Below are positions 20,454-29,131 of a DNA stretch of 64,000 bases, piece by piece. The DNA comes from Candidatus Falkowbacteria bacterium (GTDB lineage: Bacteria; Patescibacteriota; Patescibacteriia; Patescibacteriales; GWE2-39-37): contig JBAXJQ010000001.1 of the NCBI GenBank assembly GCA_037137775.1, forward strand, positions 32,316 through 96,315, given 5' to 3'. Under the pieces are notes generated by a model. That model was not told the origin of the DNA. It searched no databases and saw only the letters and a list, made by a program, of their open reading frames with translations. The position numbers and the translations under genes are program-made. The number at the start of each line of letters is the position of its first letter. The first letter of the stretch is position 1.

Positions 20454-21332
20454 ATGTCTCAATTTCGAATTAGAAAAGCCATTTTGCCCGTTGCTGGTTT
20501 CGGCACGCGTTTTTTACCCGCCACCAAGGCCATGCCTAAAGAGATGTTGCCGATTGTTGACAAACCCGCGATCCAATATTTAGTTGAGGAAGCAGTGGCA
20601 TCGGGCATTGAGGAGATTATTTTTATCACTGGACGAGGCAAGCGAAGCATCGAAGATCATTTCGATTATTCGTTTGAGTTGGAGTACACTTTAGTGGAAA
20701 AAAATAAGACCGATTTACTTAAAGAAGTTAGACGCATTAGTGAGATGGCCAGCTTCGCTTATGTACGCCAGCCTTTGCCGTTGGGAGATGGTCACGCAAT
20801 TTTATGCGCGCGCCATTTAATTGGCAATGAGCCGGTGGCTATAATGTTCGGTGATGATTTAGCCGATGCTCAGGTGCCCGCTTTAAAACAATTAATTGAT
20901 GTTTATGAAAAGTATCAAGTTCCGGTCATTGCTTTAGCACAAGTACCACGTGAAGATGTACATCAGTTTGGAGTAGTGGGTTCGACAAAATTAGATGAAC
21001 GAACCCACGAAATAAATCAATTCGTGGAAAAACCAAAAACCGAGGAAGCACCATCCAATGCCGCAGTGGTTGGAAAATATATTATCACTCCGGAAGTTTT
21101 GGATTACATTGAAGCATCAAAAAACGACAAAGGTGAAATCCGTTTGGCTAACGCATTTGTTCACATGCTTGAAGATAAAAAGCGGTTGATTGGCTACGAA
21201 TATGAAGGAGTACGGCATGATTGTGGCGATAAATTCAGTTTTGTTCGTGCCACGATTGAGCTCGGCTTAAAACATCCTGAAATCGGCCACAAGCTTGATG
21301 CCTATCTCAAACAAAAGTTCGGTCAACATTAA
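20454..21332 (+). CDS. galU: UTP--glucose-1-phosphate uridylyltransferase
   Basis: KAILPVAGFGTRFLPATKAMPKEMLPIVDKP, GDGHAI, VEKP. Confidence 0.95.
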   Translation: MSQFRIRKAILPVAGFGTRFLPATKAMPKEMLPIVDKPAIQYLVEEAVASGIEEIIFITGRGKRSIEDHFDYSFELEYTLVEKNKTDLLKEVRRISEMASFAYVRQPLPLGDGHAILCARHLIGNEPVAIMFGDDLADAQVPALKQLIDVYEKYQVPVIALAQVPREDVHQFGVVGSTKLDERTHEINQFVEKPKTEEAPSNAAVVGKYIITPEVLDYIEASKNDKGEIRLANAFVHMLEDKKRLIGYEYEGVRHDCGDKFSFVRATIELGLKHPEIGHKLDAYLKQKFGQH

Positions 21333-22702
21333 TTTAAAGCGAGACGGAATAAGCCGTCAACCTGATTAATTGTGCCGGAAACATATAAGGAATCACCCGT
21401 GGGGTTAATCGCTAAGCCGGTGATTTTTTCTGTGGTTAAGAGAGTAATGGTGTTATGCCGATCTCGTTCATCCAACTCTAGGCTGTTTACTTGGTGGGTG
21501 GTGGCATATACAATATAGTTTTTACTAGGATGCCACACAACACTAGTTATTGGCTGACTAATGCGAGTTAACAATCGTTTTTGGTTGTTGGCCGCATCAA
21601 ATAAATAGATTTCATTAGCATTCCAATACAACAGTTGATTTTTGGCTACCCAAACACCATTTAAAAAACCAGCAAGTGATATTGTTTTTACCAAACGGTC
21701 ACTACGGTTTAATAAATAGAGTTTGTTCGCCTTAGAATTAAGAAGCGCGATATAATTTATGGTTATATTGTGTATGGTAAGTGCTAATGCTTCCGGGGTG
21801 GGTAATGTTTCTACGATTTTTCCTGTTCGTTCATCTAAAATACTAATACTAGACCCACCTAATCCAAAAAGACTGATAAAAATTTGATTAGCTTGGTATT
21901 GAACGTCTATAATTTTTTCTTTTTGGTCGCTTGGCAGTTGATATATTATCGATACAGTGCCATTACTTAAATTGTATTCTAATAGTTGATTTTCTTTGAT
22001 ATAAATAATAGTTTGGTTATACCGGCCAAACACGAGCTTGCCGTCATGTTGGCCAATAAAGGCTTCGAGGTTGATCGGCTCTGCGTTGTTGGCAAGGTTA
22101 TACAAGACATTATTAATTAAGACTTTTTTTTGATCGCTTGACCAGGTGATGTTGTCAATCGATGAAGTTGCTACCAGGTTGCCTGGGCCAGTAATTTCAC
22201 GGTTAAGATAATAAACAGAGAGACCGGCAGCAGATTTCAGAGGCATAATTTCCGTGTTGGGTGAGGGTATGATTTGTGCCTGGCTCGTTTCTTCAATTAA
22301 ATTGGCTTGGTCTTTTTTAAATAAAACAATATCTTCAGCAAAAGTAGTTTGACCAGGTTGGATAACTAATTGTTTTTGCCAGGGCCAGTAGCCATCAAGG
22401 GAGAGCGCAATGTTGTAGGTACCAGGTAATAGATTGGTGATTTTTGCAGGAGTGGTTTGATACCGATTCAAGAAACGCAAACGATCGCCGATGGTTTTTT
22501 GCTGCTGGCCATTGATAGAGATGGTTGCACCAGCAGGCGAAGTTTCTAACGCCATTGTTCCGGTTTTAATTAAGATACGGTTGGAAAAATTTAATTGATA
22601 GCCATTAGCATAAATAATCACTAAGGGAGTGATTATAAAAAAAGATAAAATAAAGGTGAGATAGAGCCAGCGTCTAGTGGCGAGGTTCATACGGTTATTC
22701 AA
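21329..22702 (-). CDS. Membrane-anchored PEGA-domain protein with a C-terminal beta-propeller-like region
   Basis: TM helix plus YANGY, then TSPAGATISING..TPAKITNLLPGTY..GYWPWQK (PEGA), then WS/WH propeller-like repeats. Confidence 0.78.
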   Translation of the reverse strand: MNNRMNLATRRWLYLTFILSFFIITPLVIIYANGYQLNFSNRILIKTGTMALETSPAGATISINGQQQKTIGDRLRFLNRYQTTPAKITNLLPGTYNIALSLDGYWPWQKQLVIQPGQTTFAEDIVLFKKDQANLIEETSQAQIIPSPNTEIMPLKSAAGLSVYYLNREITGPGNLVATSSIDNITWSSDQKKVLINNVLYNLANNAEPINLEAFIGQHDGKLVFGRYNQTIIYIKENQLLEYNLSNGTVSIIYQLPSDQKEKIIDVQYQANQIFISLFGLGGSSISILDERTGKIVETLPTPEALALTIHNITINYIALLNSKANKLYLLNRSDRLVKTISLAGFLNGVWVAKNQLLYWNANEIYLFDAANNQKRLLTRISQPITSVVWHPSKNYIVYATTHQVNSLELDERDRHNTITLLTTEKITGLAINPTGDSLYVSGTINQVDGLFRLALN

Positions 22703-23954
22703 CCCGAGTTATATTGGCACCCAGGGTTTTTAACCGGGTGTCAATTTGTTCATAGCCACGATCGATCTGGTAGATATTGTCGATTTCGGTTTTTCCATTA
22801 GCAATTAGACCAGCAATAATCATGCCTATGCCGGCACGCAAATCCGGACTGGTTAATTTATGTCCATAGAGCTCAGTTGGCCCGCTTACCACTACTCGAT
22901 GTGGGTCGCACATAATAATATCGGCGCCCATCTGGGTAAGCATGTCAGTGTACAGCAGGCGACGATCGTAAATAGTTTCATGAATGATGCAACTGCCTGG
23001 GCACTGAGTGGCGAGGACAGTGTAGGGAGATTGCAGATCAGTAGGGAAGCCTGGATATTCATGAGTCTTTATGCCATAGCTACCCGTAAGTTTGCTGGGC
23101 AGGATCTCTAGCCAGTCGGCGCCAGCTTGCCAACGTACCCCTATTTTATGAAAGATGCTTAAAAGCGATTCAACGTGCTCGGGAATGCAATTAGTGATAT
23201 GAAAATGTGAATTGCTGGCCGCTGCAAGAATAGCAAAAGTGCCGGTTTCGATGCGGTCTGGCATGATGGTGATATTGCCGGCTGAAATGGATTTTACCCC
23301 TTCAATTACCATGGTGGGCGTACCAGCACCAGTAATCTTGGCGCCTTGTTGGTTTAAATAGTTGGCTAAAAAAGGGATTTCTGGTTCGCAAGCACAATTT
23401 TTTAAGACAGTCGTGCCTTCGGCTAAAACCGCCGTCATCATCATGGTTTCGGTGGCAGTAACACTAATGGTGGTAAAGAAATAGGTGCACGCTTTAAGTT
23501 TTTTAGCCGCTAAACGGTAAAACCCGTTTTCTTCGGTTAATTCGGCCCCGAATTGAATCAAGCCATCTAAGAAAATATCAATTGGCCGTTTACCTGCACC
23601 AATGACACAACCGCCAGGATGTTGGAAAAAAACCTCACCGGTACGCGCCAAAATTGGTCCGACAAAAACGATTGAGGCCCGGAATTTATTTACAAATTTG
23701 GGATCAAGTTGATTTTTTTTAACTTCGGGTAGATGAATTTTGTACGTGCCATTGGTTTGCTCAATGGTTGCACCGATATCCTGTAAAATATCTAGAGATA
23801 ATTTTACATCTTCAATTTCGGGTAAGTTAGAAATGGTAATGGGTTTGGACGATAATATGACTGCGGGAAGAACTTTAAGGGCAGAGTTTTTAGCGCCCTT
23901 AACTGCGATTTCACCAGCCAATTCATGCTTACCTTCGATAATAATTTTGTTCAT
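22695..23954 (-). CDS. murA: UDP-N-acetylglucosamine 1-carboxyvinyltransferase
   Basis: GAKNSAL, RASI, PGGCVIG (catalytic Cys), PDRIETGT, PGFPTDLQ, DLRAG, IDRGYE. Confidence 0.97.
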   Translation of the reverse strand: MNKIIIEGKHELAGEIAVKGAKNSALKVLPAVILSSKPITISNLPEIEDVKLSLDILQDIGATIEQTNGTYKIHLPEVKKNQLDPKFVNKFRASIVFVGPILARTGEVFFQHPGGCVIGAGKRPIDIFLDGLIQFGAELTEENGFYRLAAKKLKACTYFFTTISVTATETMMMTAVLAEGTTVLKNCACEPEIPFLANYLNQQGAKITGAGTPTMVIEGVKSISAGNITIMPDRIETGTFAILAAASNSHFHITNCIPEHVESLLSIFHKIGVRWQAGADWLEILPSKLTGSYGIKTHEYPGFPTDLQSPYTVLATQCPGSCIIHETIYDRRLLYTDMLTQMGADIIMCDPHRVVVSGPTELYGHKLTSPDLRAGIGMIIAGLIANGKTEIDNIYQIDRGYEQIDTRLKTLGANITRVE

Positions 23955-24071
23955 AGGAGTATTGGTTAATATAAATATATTTTATTCTAATTTTAGATTA
24001 AATTCAAGTGTAGTGATTTGCTTATTGCAGTCCGGTCTGCTATGATAAAAGCACTTTGTTAAATTTAAATT

Positions 24072-25352
24072 ATGATGAAACAAGAGCAAAAAAATGGGCT
24101 TTCGGTAATTAAAGTTGGTCTTGGCGTGCTAATTTTATTAGCGCTTTTAGGTGCTACTTTTTGGAGTGGAATGTGGTATAGCCAGTTAACCACTAAGCCA
24201 GGTAATATTTTATCTACAGAACAAAACAAAGAACGGCTCAGTCAAATATTAGGGCAAAAAACCAATGCCGATAAGTCATTGTCAAAAGAGGTTGATTTTA
24301 ATTTATTTTGGGAAGTGTGGAATTTACTTAAAACTGACTATGTCAAGCAAGATACTTTAAATGAAAAGAATTTATTTTACGGCGCAGTTCGTGGTTTAGT
24401 CGCTGCAGCAGGCGATCCTTACACTATTTTTTTAGATCCTAAAGATTCAAAAACTTTCGCCGATGATCTTGCTGGTACCTTTGAGGGTATTGGTGCTGAA
24501 ATTGGCATTAAGAAAGAACAATTAGTTGTTATCGCGCCATTGCCAGAAACTCCAGCCGAAAAAGCTGGCTTACGTGCAGGCGATAAAATTTTAGCTATCG
24601 ACAAGCAGGCAACCATGGGCATAAGCGTGGATGAGGCAGTGAGTAAAATTAGAGGTAAGAAGGGAACCGTGGTAACACTAATTATTAATCGTCCAGGAGA
24701 AGACAAAAATAGAGAAATAAAAATCACGCGCGAAGTGATTATAGTTAAAAGTGTTAAGACCAATTTACGTAAAGACGGAGTGATGGTAATTACGATTACC
24801 AGTTTTAATAGTGATACGGCGTTGTTGTTTGAAAAGGCAGTGCAGGAAGCGGAAAAAACCAAACCCAAGGCAATTATCCTCGATTTGCGTAATAATCCTG
24901 GCGGATATTTAAATACCGCAGTTGAGGTGGCCAGTAATTGGATAGATAGCGGGCCAGTTGTTATTGAACAAGATTCTAAAAAGAACCGCCTGGAATATCC
25001 GGCTGTCGGTTTGGCTCGATTACAAAAATACAAAACCGTAGTTTTAATCAATCAAGGAAGTGCTTCGGCCTCAGAAATTGTCGCCGGAGCCTTGCAGGAC
25101 GACAGTAAGGCCAGGATTATTGGCGCGCAATCATTTGGTAAGGGTTCGGTGCAAACGTTAGAAAAATTATCTGATGGCTCGTCACTTAAAGTAACTATTG
25201 CCCAATGGTTAACGCCTAAGGGTACAAATATTTCCGAGAAGGGCATTACCCCAGATCAAGCAGTTGAGCTAACCGCTGCCGATTATGAAAAAAGCAAGGA
25301 TCCACAAATGGACGCGGCTATAAAATGGTTATTTCCCTTAGGTAAAAAATAA
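24072..25352 (+). CDS. ctpA: Carboxyl-terminal processing protease, S41 family
   Basis: DPYT, FEGIGAEI (PDZ), DLRNNPGG, SASASEI, FGKGSVQ. Confidence 0.93.
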   Translation: MMKQEQKNGLSVIKVGLGVLILLALLGATFWSGMWYSQLTTKPGNILSTEQNKERLSQILGQKTNADKSLSKEVDFNLFWEVWNLLKTDYVKQDTLNEKNLFYGAVRGLVAAAGDPYTIFLDPKDSKTFADDLAGTFEGIGAEIGIKKEQLVVIAPLPETPAEKAGLRAGDKILAIDKQATMGISVDEAVSKIRGKKGTVVTLIINRPGEDKNREIKITREVIIVKSVKTNLRKDGVMVITITSFNSDTALLFEKAVQEAEKTKPKAIILDLRNNPGGYLNTAVEVASNWIDSGPVVIEQDSKKNRLEYPAVGLARLQKYKTVVLINQGSASASEIVAGALQDDSKARIIGAQSFGKGSVQTLEKLSDGSSLKVTIAQWLTPKGTNISEKGITPDQAVELTAADYEKSKDPQMDAAIKWLFPLGKK

Positions 25353-25358
25353 TATTTT

Positions 25359-25394
25359 AAAAAAACCGCCTACACTTCAGTAGGCGGTTTTTTT
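25359..25394. terminator. Bidirectional intrinsic terminator between ctpA and rpmA
   Basis: AAAAAAACCGCCTAC-ACTTCA-GTAGGCGGTTTTTTT. Confidence 0.85.
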
Positions 25395-25408
25395 ATAGCC
25401 GGGGTAAT

Positions 25409-25687
25409 TTATTCAGTCACCACTTCAACAAAGGTTATCTGGCGGAGTTTATTATTGAAACCAATAATATTCTTTTTGCCGAATTTTACTTTGCCAAGTT
25501 GGGTTGAAAATAAAGTGTCATCTTTGCCAATTTGGACATTCTTGCCGGGGTGAATCTTGGTGCCACGTTGGCGCATGATAATTGCCCCTGGTTTGGCAAT
25601 CTCGCCGGCGTAAAGTTTGACACCAAGGCGTTGACTGTTCGAATCGCGGCCATTCGATGTTGAGCCGCCTGATTTTTTTGTAGACAT
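25409..25687 (-). CDS. rpmA: 50S ribosomal protein L27
   Basis: [32 protein letters not shown]. Confidence 0.97.
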   Translation of the reverse strand: MSTKKSGGSTSNGRDSNSQRLGVKLYAGEIAKPGAIIMRQRGTKIHPGKNVQIGKDDTLFSTQLGKVKFGKKNIIGFNNKLRQITFVEVVTE

Positions 25688-26019
25688 ACTAGTATTTTGC
25701 CCGCGGCCTCAAAGCCGAATAAGCCAATATTTAATAAATATTATTAAAATAAATAATATCGCGCTTTGCGATACCCTTATTTTTTACCATATGAGCAAAA
25801 GTATGTCAATAAGCGAGGTTTTTATGTAATTATTTTATTCAAAATTTGTAATATAATTATATAATGGCTAGATAATAACCGGCGTAGCGTAAAATTATAA
25901 AAATTTTAATATTAGCCAAAAATTTTGTATAAATCTTAATAAATTGGGAAAAAAATTAATAAACTCCAAATCGATAAAGTATATCTGAAATTGTCTAATA
26001 ATGAGTAAAAGTTAAGCTA

Positions 26020-26048
26020 TTGACATTATCTTTGTAAAATGTTTTAAT
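26020..26048 (+). promoter_or_regulatory. Sigma70-type promoter of an unannotated short transcription unit
   Basis: TTGACA-17 nt (ending TGT, extended -10)-TTTAAT. Confidence 0.55.
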
Positions 26049-26098
26049 TATAAATCTTTTTACCATGGTCTAATCTGACCGGAAAGGGGGTGGGTTCT

Positions 26099-26269
26099 TT
26101 GCAAATTAATTCAACCGACGAGCAGGAGGCTCGTCAAACTCAAACCGGAGATAATCCGGTGTGCCATATTTCAAACCTACATGTGGTCGACAACCAGACT
26201 CGCGTCAGAATCTTTACTGACGCCTGGAAATTTTTTTGGCTCGAGCACAAAAAAAAGGGTGAAAACTAG
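26099..26269 (+). CDS. Putative 56-aa protein below the ORF-track cutoff; alternatively a structured RNA
   Basis: AAAGGGGGTG precedes TTG 26099. Reads (M)QINSTDEQEARQTQTGDNPVCHISNLHVVDNQTRVRIFTDAWKFFWLEHKKKGEN*, flanked by a promoter and a terminator. Confidence 0.45.
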   Translation: MQINSTDEQEARQTQTGDNPVCHISNLHVVDNQTRVRIFTDAWKFFWLEHKKKGEN

Positions 26270-26279
26270 GGCACTGCCC

Positions 26280-26335
26280 AGGCGGGAGATTTACAATACA
26301 TTTCAATGTACTGTAAATCTCCCGCCTATTTTATT
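26280..26335 (+). terminator. Strong hairpin terminator
   Basis: AGGCGGGAGATTTACA...TGTAAATCTCCCGCCT (16-bp stem) followed by ATTTTATT. Confidence 0.75.
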
Positions 26336-26362
26336 TAATTTTAACTAAAAATAAAATATTTT

Positions 26363-26389
26363 ATAGCACTCTTGACAGGAGAGTGCTAA
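26363..26389 (+). promoter_or_regulatory. CIRCE element (HrcA operator) with the -35 box inside its spacer
   Basis: ATAGCACTC-TTGACAGGA-GAGTGCTAA versus consensus TTAGCACTC-N9-GAGTGCTAA; directly upstream of hrcA. Confidence 0.93.
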
Positions 26390-26423
26390 TAGCAGTAAAC
26401 TGTTATTACTGCTTAAAGATAAA

Positions 26424-27122
26424 ATGAATATGGAAAAGCGCGGTGAAAAAATCTTACTTGCTTTAATTAAGGAACATATCAAAAGCGGCCAACCGGTCGG
26501 CTCTGAAGTGTTAGTTAATAAATACAAGCTAGGTGTTTCATCTGCAACCGTTCGTAATGAATTGTCAGCTTTAGAGGAGGGCGGGATGATTATGCAACCG
26601 CACACCTCAGCCGGGCGCGTTCCAACTGAGGCAGCCTATAGGTTTTACTTGGAAAAAAACAAAGCCCGGAAATTAACCGATACGGAGGAACAGCAACTTA
26701 ACGCACTCTTAACCGATACGGAGGAACAAAATCTCAAACAATTAGCCAAAACAGTGGCACAGCAAAGTGGCTTGGCAGTTATATGGGCTTTTCATCGACA
26801 TAATTTATATTATACTGGCATTGCTAATTTTTTATCCCAACCAGAATTCAATCAGCCCAATGTAATTTATGATATTTCGGGTATCATCGATCGTATGGAT
26901 GAGGTAATAGACCAGGTCTTTGATGAGATTTCTTTTACCCCAGAGATTTTACTTGGCTCGGCTAATCCGTTTAGTCCAGTATGTGCCACGGTGATTTCAA
27001 AATACCGGCACGGTAACCACACTGGCTTGGTTGGCATACTTGGACCGATGCGGATGTGCTATGAACGTAATCTTGCCATTGTAGAATATTTATCACAAAA
27101 ATTAAATTCACCTATTATATGA
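26424..27122 (+). CDS. hrcA: Heat-inducible transcription repressor HrcA (short form)
   Basis: QPVGS, SSATVRNEL, QPHTSAGRVPT, GILGPMRM. Confidence 0.95.
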   Translation: MNMEKRGEKILLALIKEHIKSGQPVGSEVLVNKYKLGVSSATVRNELSALEEGGMIMQPHTSAGRVPTEAAYRFYLEKNKARKLTDTEEQQLNALLTDTEEQNLKQLAKTVAQQSGLAVIWAFHRHNLYYTGIANFLSQPEFNQPNVIYDISGIIDRMDEVIDQVFDEISFTPEILLGSANPFSPVCATVISKYRHGNHTGLVGILGPMRMCYERNLAIVEYLSQKLNSPII

Positions 27123-27991
27123 CCAATCAGTCTAAAATTGAACATCCGTTAGCCATTGTTGGTGCTTTCATCTTCAACGACCATGATGAGTTGCTCTTAA
27201 TTTCCGCGCCAAAGTGGTTGGATAAATATGTCGTTCCAGGTGGCAAAGTTGAACTTGGCGAAACCATGGAACAGGCAATACGTCGCGAAATTAAAGAAGA
27301 AACTAATCTTGATTTGGAAGATTTAGAATTGATGGGTGTTTCAGAGCGAGTTGATTCTATGTCTGAAAATAATGCCGGAGTTAAGCACATGATTTTGATT
27401 GATTATAAAGCGAGAGTAAAGAAGCCACAGAAATTAAAATTAAATGATGAAGGTACTGAGTTTAAATGGCAAAAAATTGAGGATTGGCAGAACAATGATT
27501 CGGTTTATGCTGGCACGATGGGCAATATTAAAAAATACTTTCTTGACAAACCTGTAGATGAGTGGGAAGCACAATGCAAACGAGCCTTGGCCGATTATCA
27601 GAATTTACTCAAACAAACTACCAAAGAAAAAAATGAATTTATTAAATTCGCGAACGAGCGAATTATTAATGAATTTTTACCAGTGTATGATAATTTAAAA
27701 CTATCTTTGGCACATATCGATGCGGCGGCAGAAAAAAGTAATTGGCTGGTTGGCGTGCAGTATGTTATTAAGCAATTCAGTGAGATTTTATCACGTCATG
27801 GTGTTGAGGAAGTAAAGACCGTTGGTGAAAAATTTGATCACAGCTCGATGGAAGCGATTGAGAATCAAATTACTGATGATGAAAAACAAGACGATGTGGT
27901 GGTTCGTGAAATTAAATCAGGGTACATGTTACATGGCAAGATAATTACGCCAGCGCGAGTAGTGGTTTATCACTACGAAGTAAAGGCTTAG
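27119..27991 (+). CDS. grpE: Nudix hydrolase-GrpE nucleotide exchange factor fusion
   Basis: N-terminal half has the Nudix box PGGKVELGETMEQAIRREIKEETNL. C-terminal half has RALADYQNLLK, FLPVYDNL, GEKFDH..MEA, GYMLHGKIITPARVVV (GrpE). Confidence 0.9.
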   Translation: MTNQSKIEHPLAIVGAFIFNDHDELLLISAPKWLDKYVVPGGKVELGETMEQAIRREIKEETNLDLEDLELMGVSERVDSMSENNAGVKHMILIDYKARVKKPQKLKLNDEGTEFKWQKIEDWQNNDSVYAGTMGNIKKYFLDKPVDEWEAQCKRALADYQNLLKQTTKEKNEFIKFANERIINEFLPVYDNLKLSLAHIDAAAEKSNWLVGVQYVIKQFSEILSRHGVEEVKTVGEKFDHSSMEAIENQITDDEKQDDVVVREIKSGYMLHGKIITPARVVVYHYEVKA

Positions 27992-28057
27992 TTATATATT
28001 AATTATTAAGGCCACCCCAGTGCATATTGCAGTAAGGTGGCACAGGGAGAAAACCAT

Positions 28058-28489
28058 ATGGCTCTCATCAAATGGACGCCCCTCCTTGAACCGTTCGAGG
28101 AGATGGACAAAGTGTTTCACGATTTTCTGCCAACAACCAGGCAGATGGGCTCTGGCTTTATGCCGGCCGTGGATATGTATGAAGATAAAGACAATGTGAC
28201 CGTCGAGGCACAGTTGGCTGGTATTGATCCGGATCAGGTTAGTGTCTCGATCGAAAATGATGTTTTGTCAATTAAGGGAGAAGGTGAAAAAAAGAGCGAG
28301 GTTGAAGAAAAAAATTATTATCGTAAAGAAATTCGTCGAGGCAGTTTTTATCGCTCTATTCAATTGCCGACGCATGTTTTGGGTGACAAAGCCAAGGCAA
28401 CGGCCGAAGATGGCGTATTAAAAATATCGATTCCCAAGGCACCAGAAACCAAGCCGAACACTATTAAGATTGAAACCAAGAAAAAATAA
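28058..28489 (+). CDS. Hsp20/alpha-crystallin small heat shock protein
   Basis: PAVDMYE, LAGID, LSIKGE, GSFYRSIQLP, DGVLKISIPK. ATG 28058 follows AGGGAGA. Confidence 0.93.
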   Translation: MALIKWTPLLEPFEEMDKVFHDFLPTTRQMGSGFMPAVDMYEDKDNVTVEAQLAGIDPDQVSVSIENDVLSIKGEGEKKSEVEEKNYYRKEIRRGSFYRSIQLPTHVLGDKAKATAEDGVLKISIPKAPETKPNTIKIETKKK

Positions 28490-28543
28490 TTGTCGGATGA
28501 TACTTGGCCGAATATTCTTCGGTCAAGACTTGAGCCGAAAATT

Positions 28544-29116
28544 ATGCAAATCGAATACGAAGCCACATTTTATCCAATCGACAAAGACGATATCCGCTCA
28601 CGGTTGTTGGCGGTAGGAGCTGAATTGATTCGCTCAGAGTACGTGCAAGAGCGTTCGAATTATACTTTACCCAGTGGCCATGAAATTGCCGGCGGCTGGA
28701 TTCGCGTGCGTAATGAGGGTGATAAAAATACATTAACGTTAAAAGTGGTCGATGGTGAAAAAATTGAGAATCAGCGCGAAATAACCACAGAAGTAAAAGA
28801 TTTTAACGCAACGAAGCAGTTATTAGAGGCAATCGGCTGTAGACACAAAGCAACCCAGACAACCAAACGGGAATTGTGGCGCATCAAGAGTGTGGAGATT
28901 ATGATTGATGAATGGCCCTGGCTTGAGCCGTTTGTGGAAATTGAAGGGCCGTCAGAAATAGCCGTGCGAAATATTGCAGAAAAGCTCGGCTTTGATTACA
29001 AACAAGCTCATTTCGGCGCTGTTGATTCTTTGTATGCCGCTAAATATGGTATTAGCAAAGAACAAATTAACACGACTGAGCAAGTTACGTTTGAAGGTGA
29101 AAATCCATTTAAATAA
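28544..29116 (+). CDS. CYTH-domain (class IV adenylate cyclase/triphosphatase-like) protein
   Basis: IEYEATF, WIRVR, LTLK, KRELW, IDEWP..FVEIEG. Confidence 0.82.
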   Translation: MQIEYEATFYPIDKDDIRSRLLAVGAELIRSEYVQERSNYTLPSGHEIAGGWIRVRNEGDKNTLTLKVVDGEKIENQREITTEVKDFNATKQLLEAIGCRHKATQTTKRELWRIKSVEIMIDEWPWLEPFVEIEGPSEIAVRNIAEKLGFDYKQAHFGAVDSLYAAKYGISKEQINTTEQVTFEGENPFK

Positions 29117-29131
29117 TAAGTAATTAATTTT

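Noticed and set aside
24419-25051. 210-aa antisense ORF inside ctpA, and similar antisense or overlapping ORFs in the track (e.g. 1709-2092, 11226-11657, 36714-37193, 50056-50433)
   Set aside because: They are shadows of well-supported genes on the opposite strand, with no motifs or expression signals of their own.
25878-25895. ACCGGCGTAGCGTAAAA resembling a tRNA 5' end
   Set aside because: No anticodon arm, T-arm or complementary acceptor strand follows.
25688-26019. Very AT-rich intergenic stretch as a possible replication origin
   Set aside because: I found no DnaA-box (TTATCCACA-like) cluster and there is no dnaA/dnaN nearby. Divergent promoters explain the region.
28010-28057. Hairpin before hsp20 as a ROSE-type RNA thermometer
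   Set aside because: The stem (GCCACC/GGTGGC) ends before the SD and does not sequester it.
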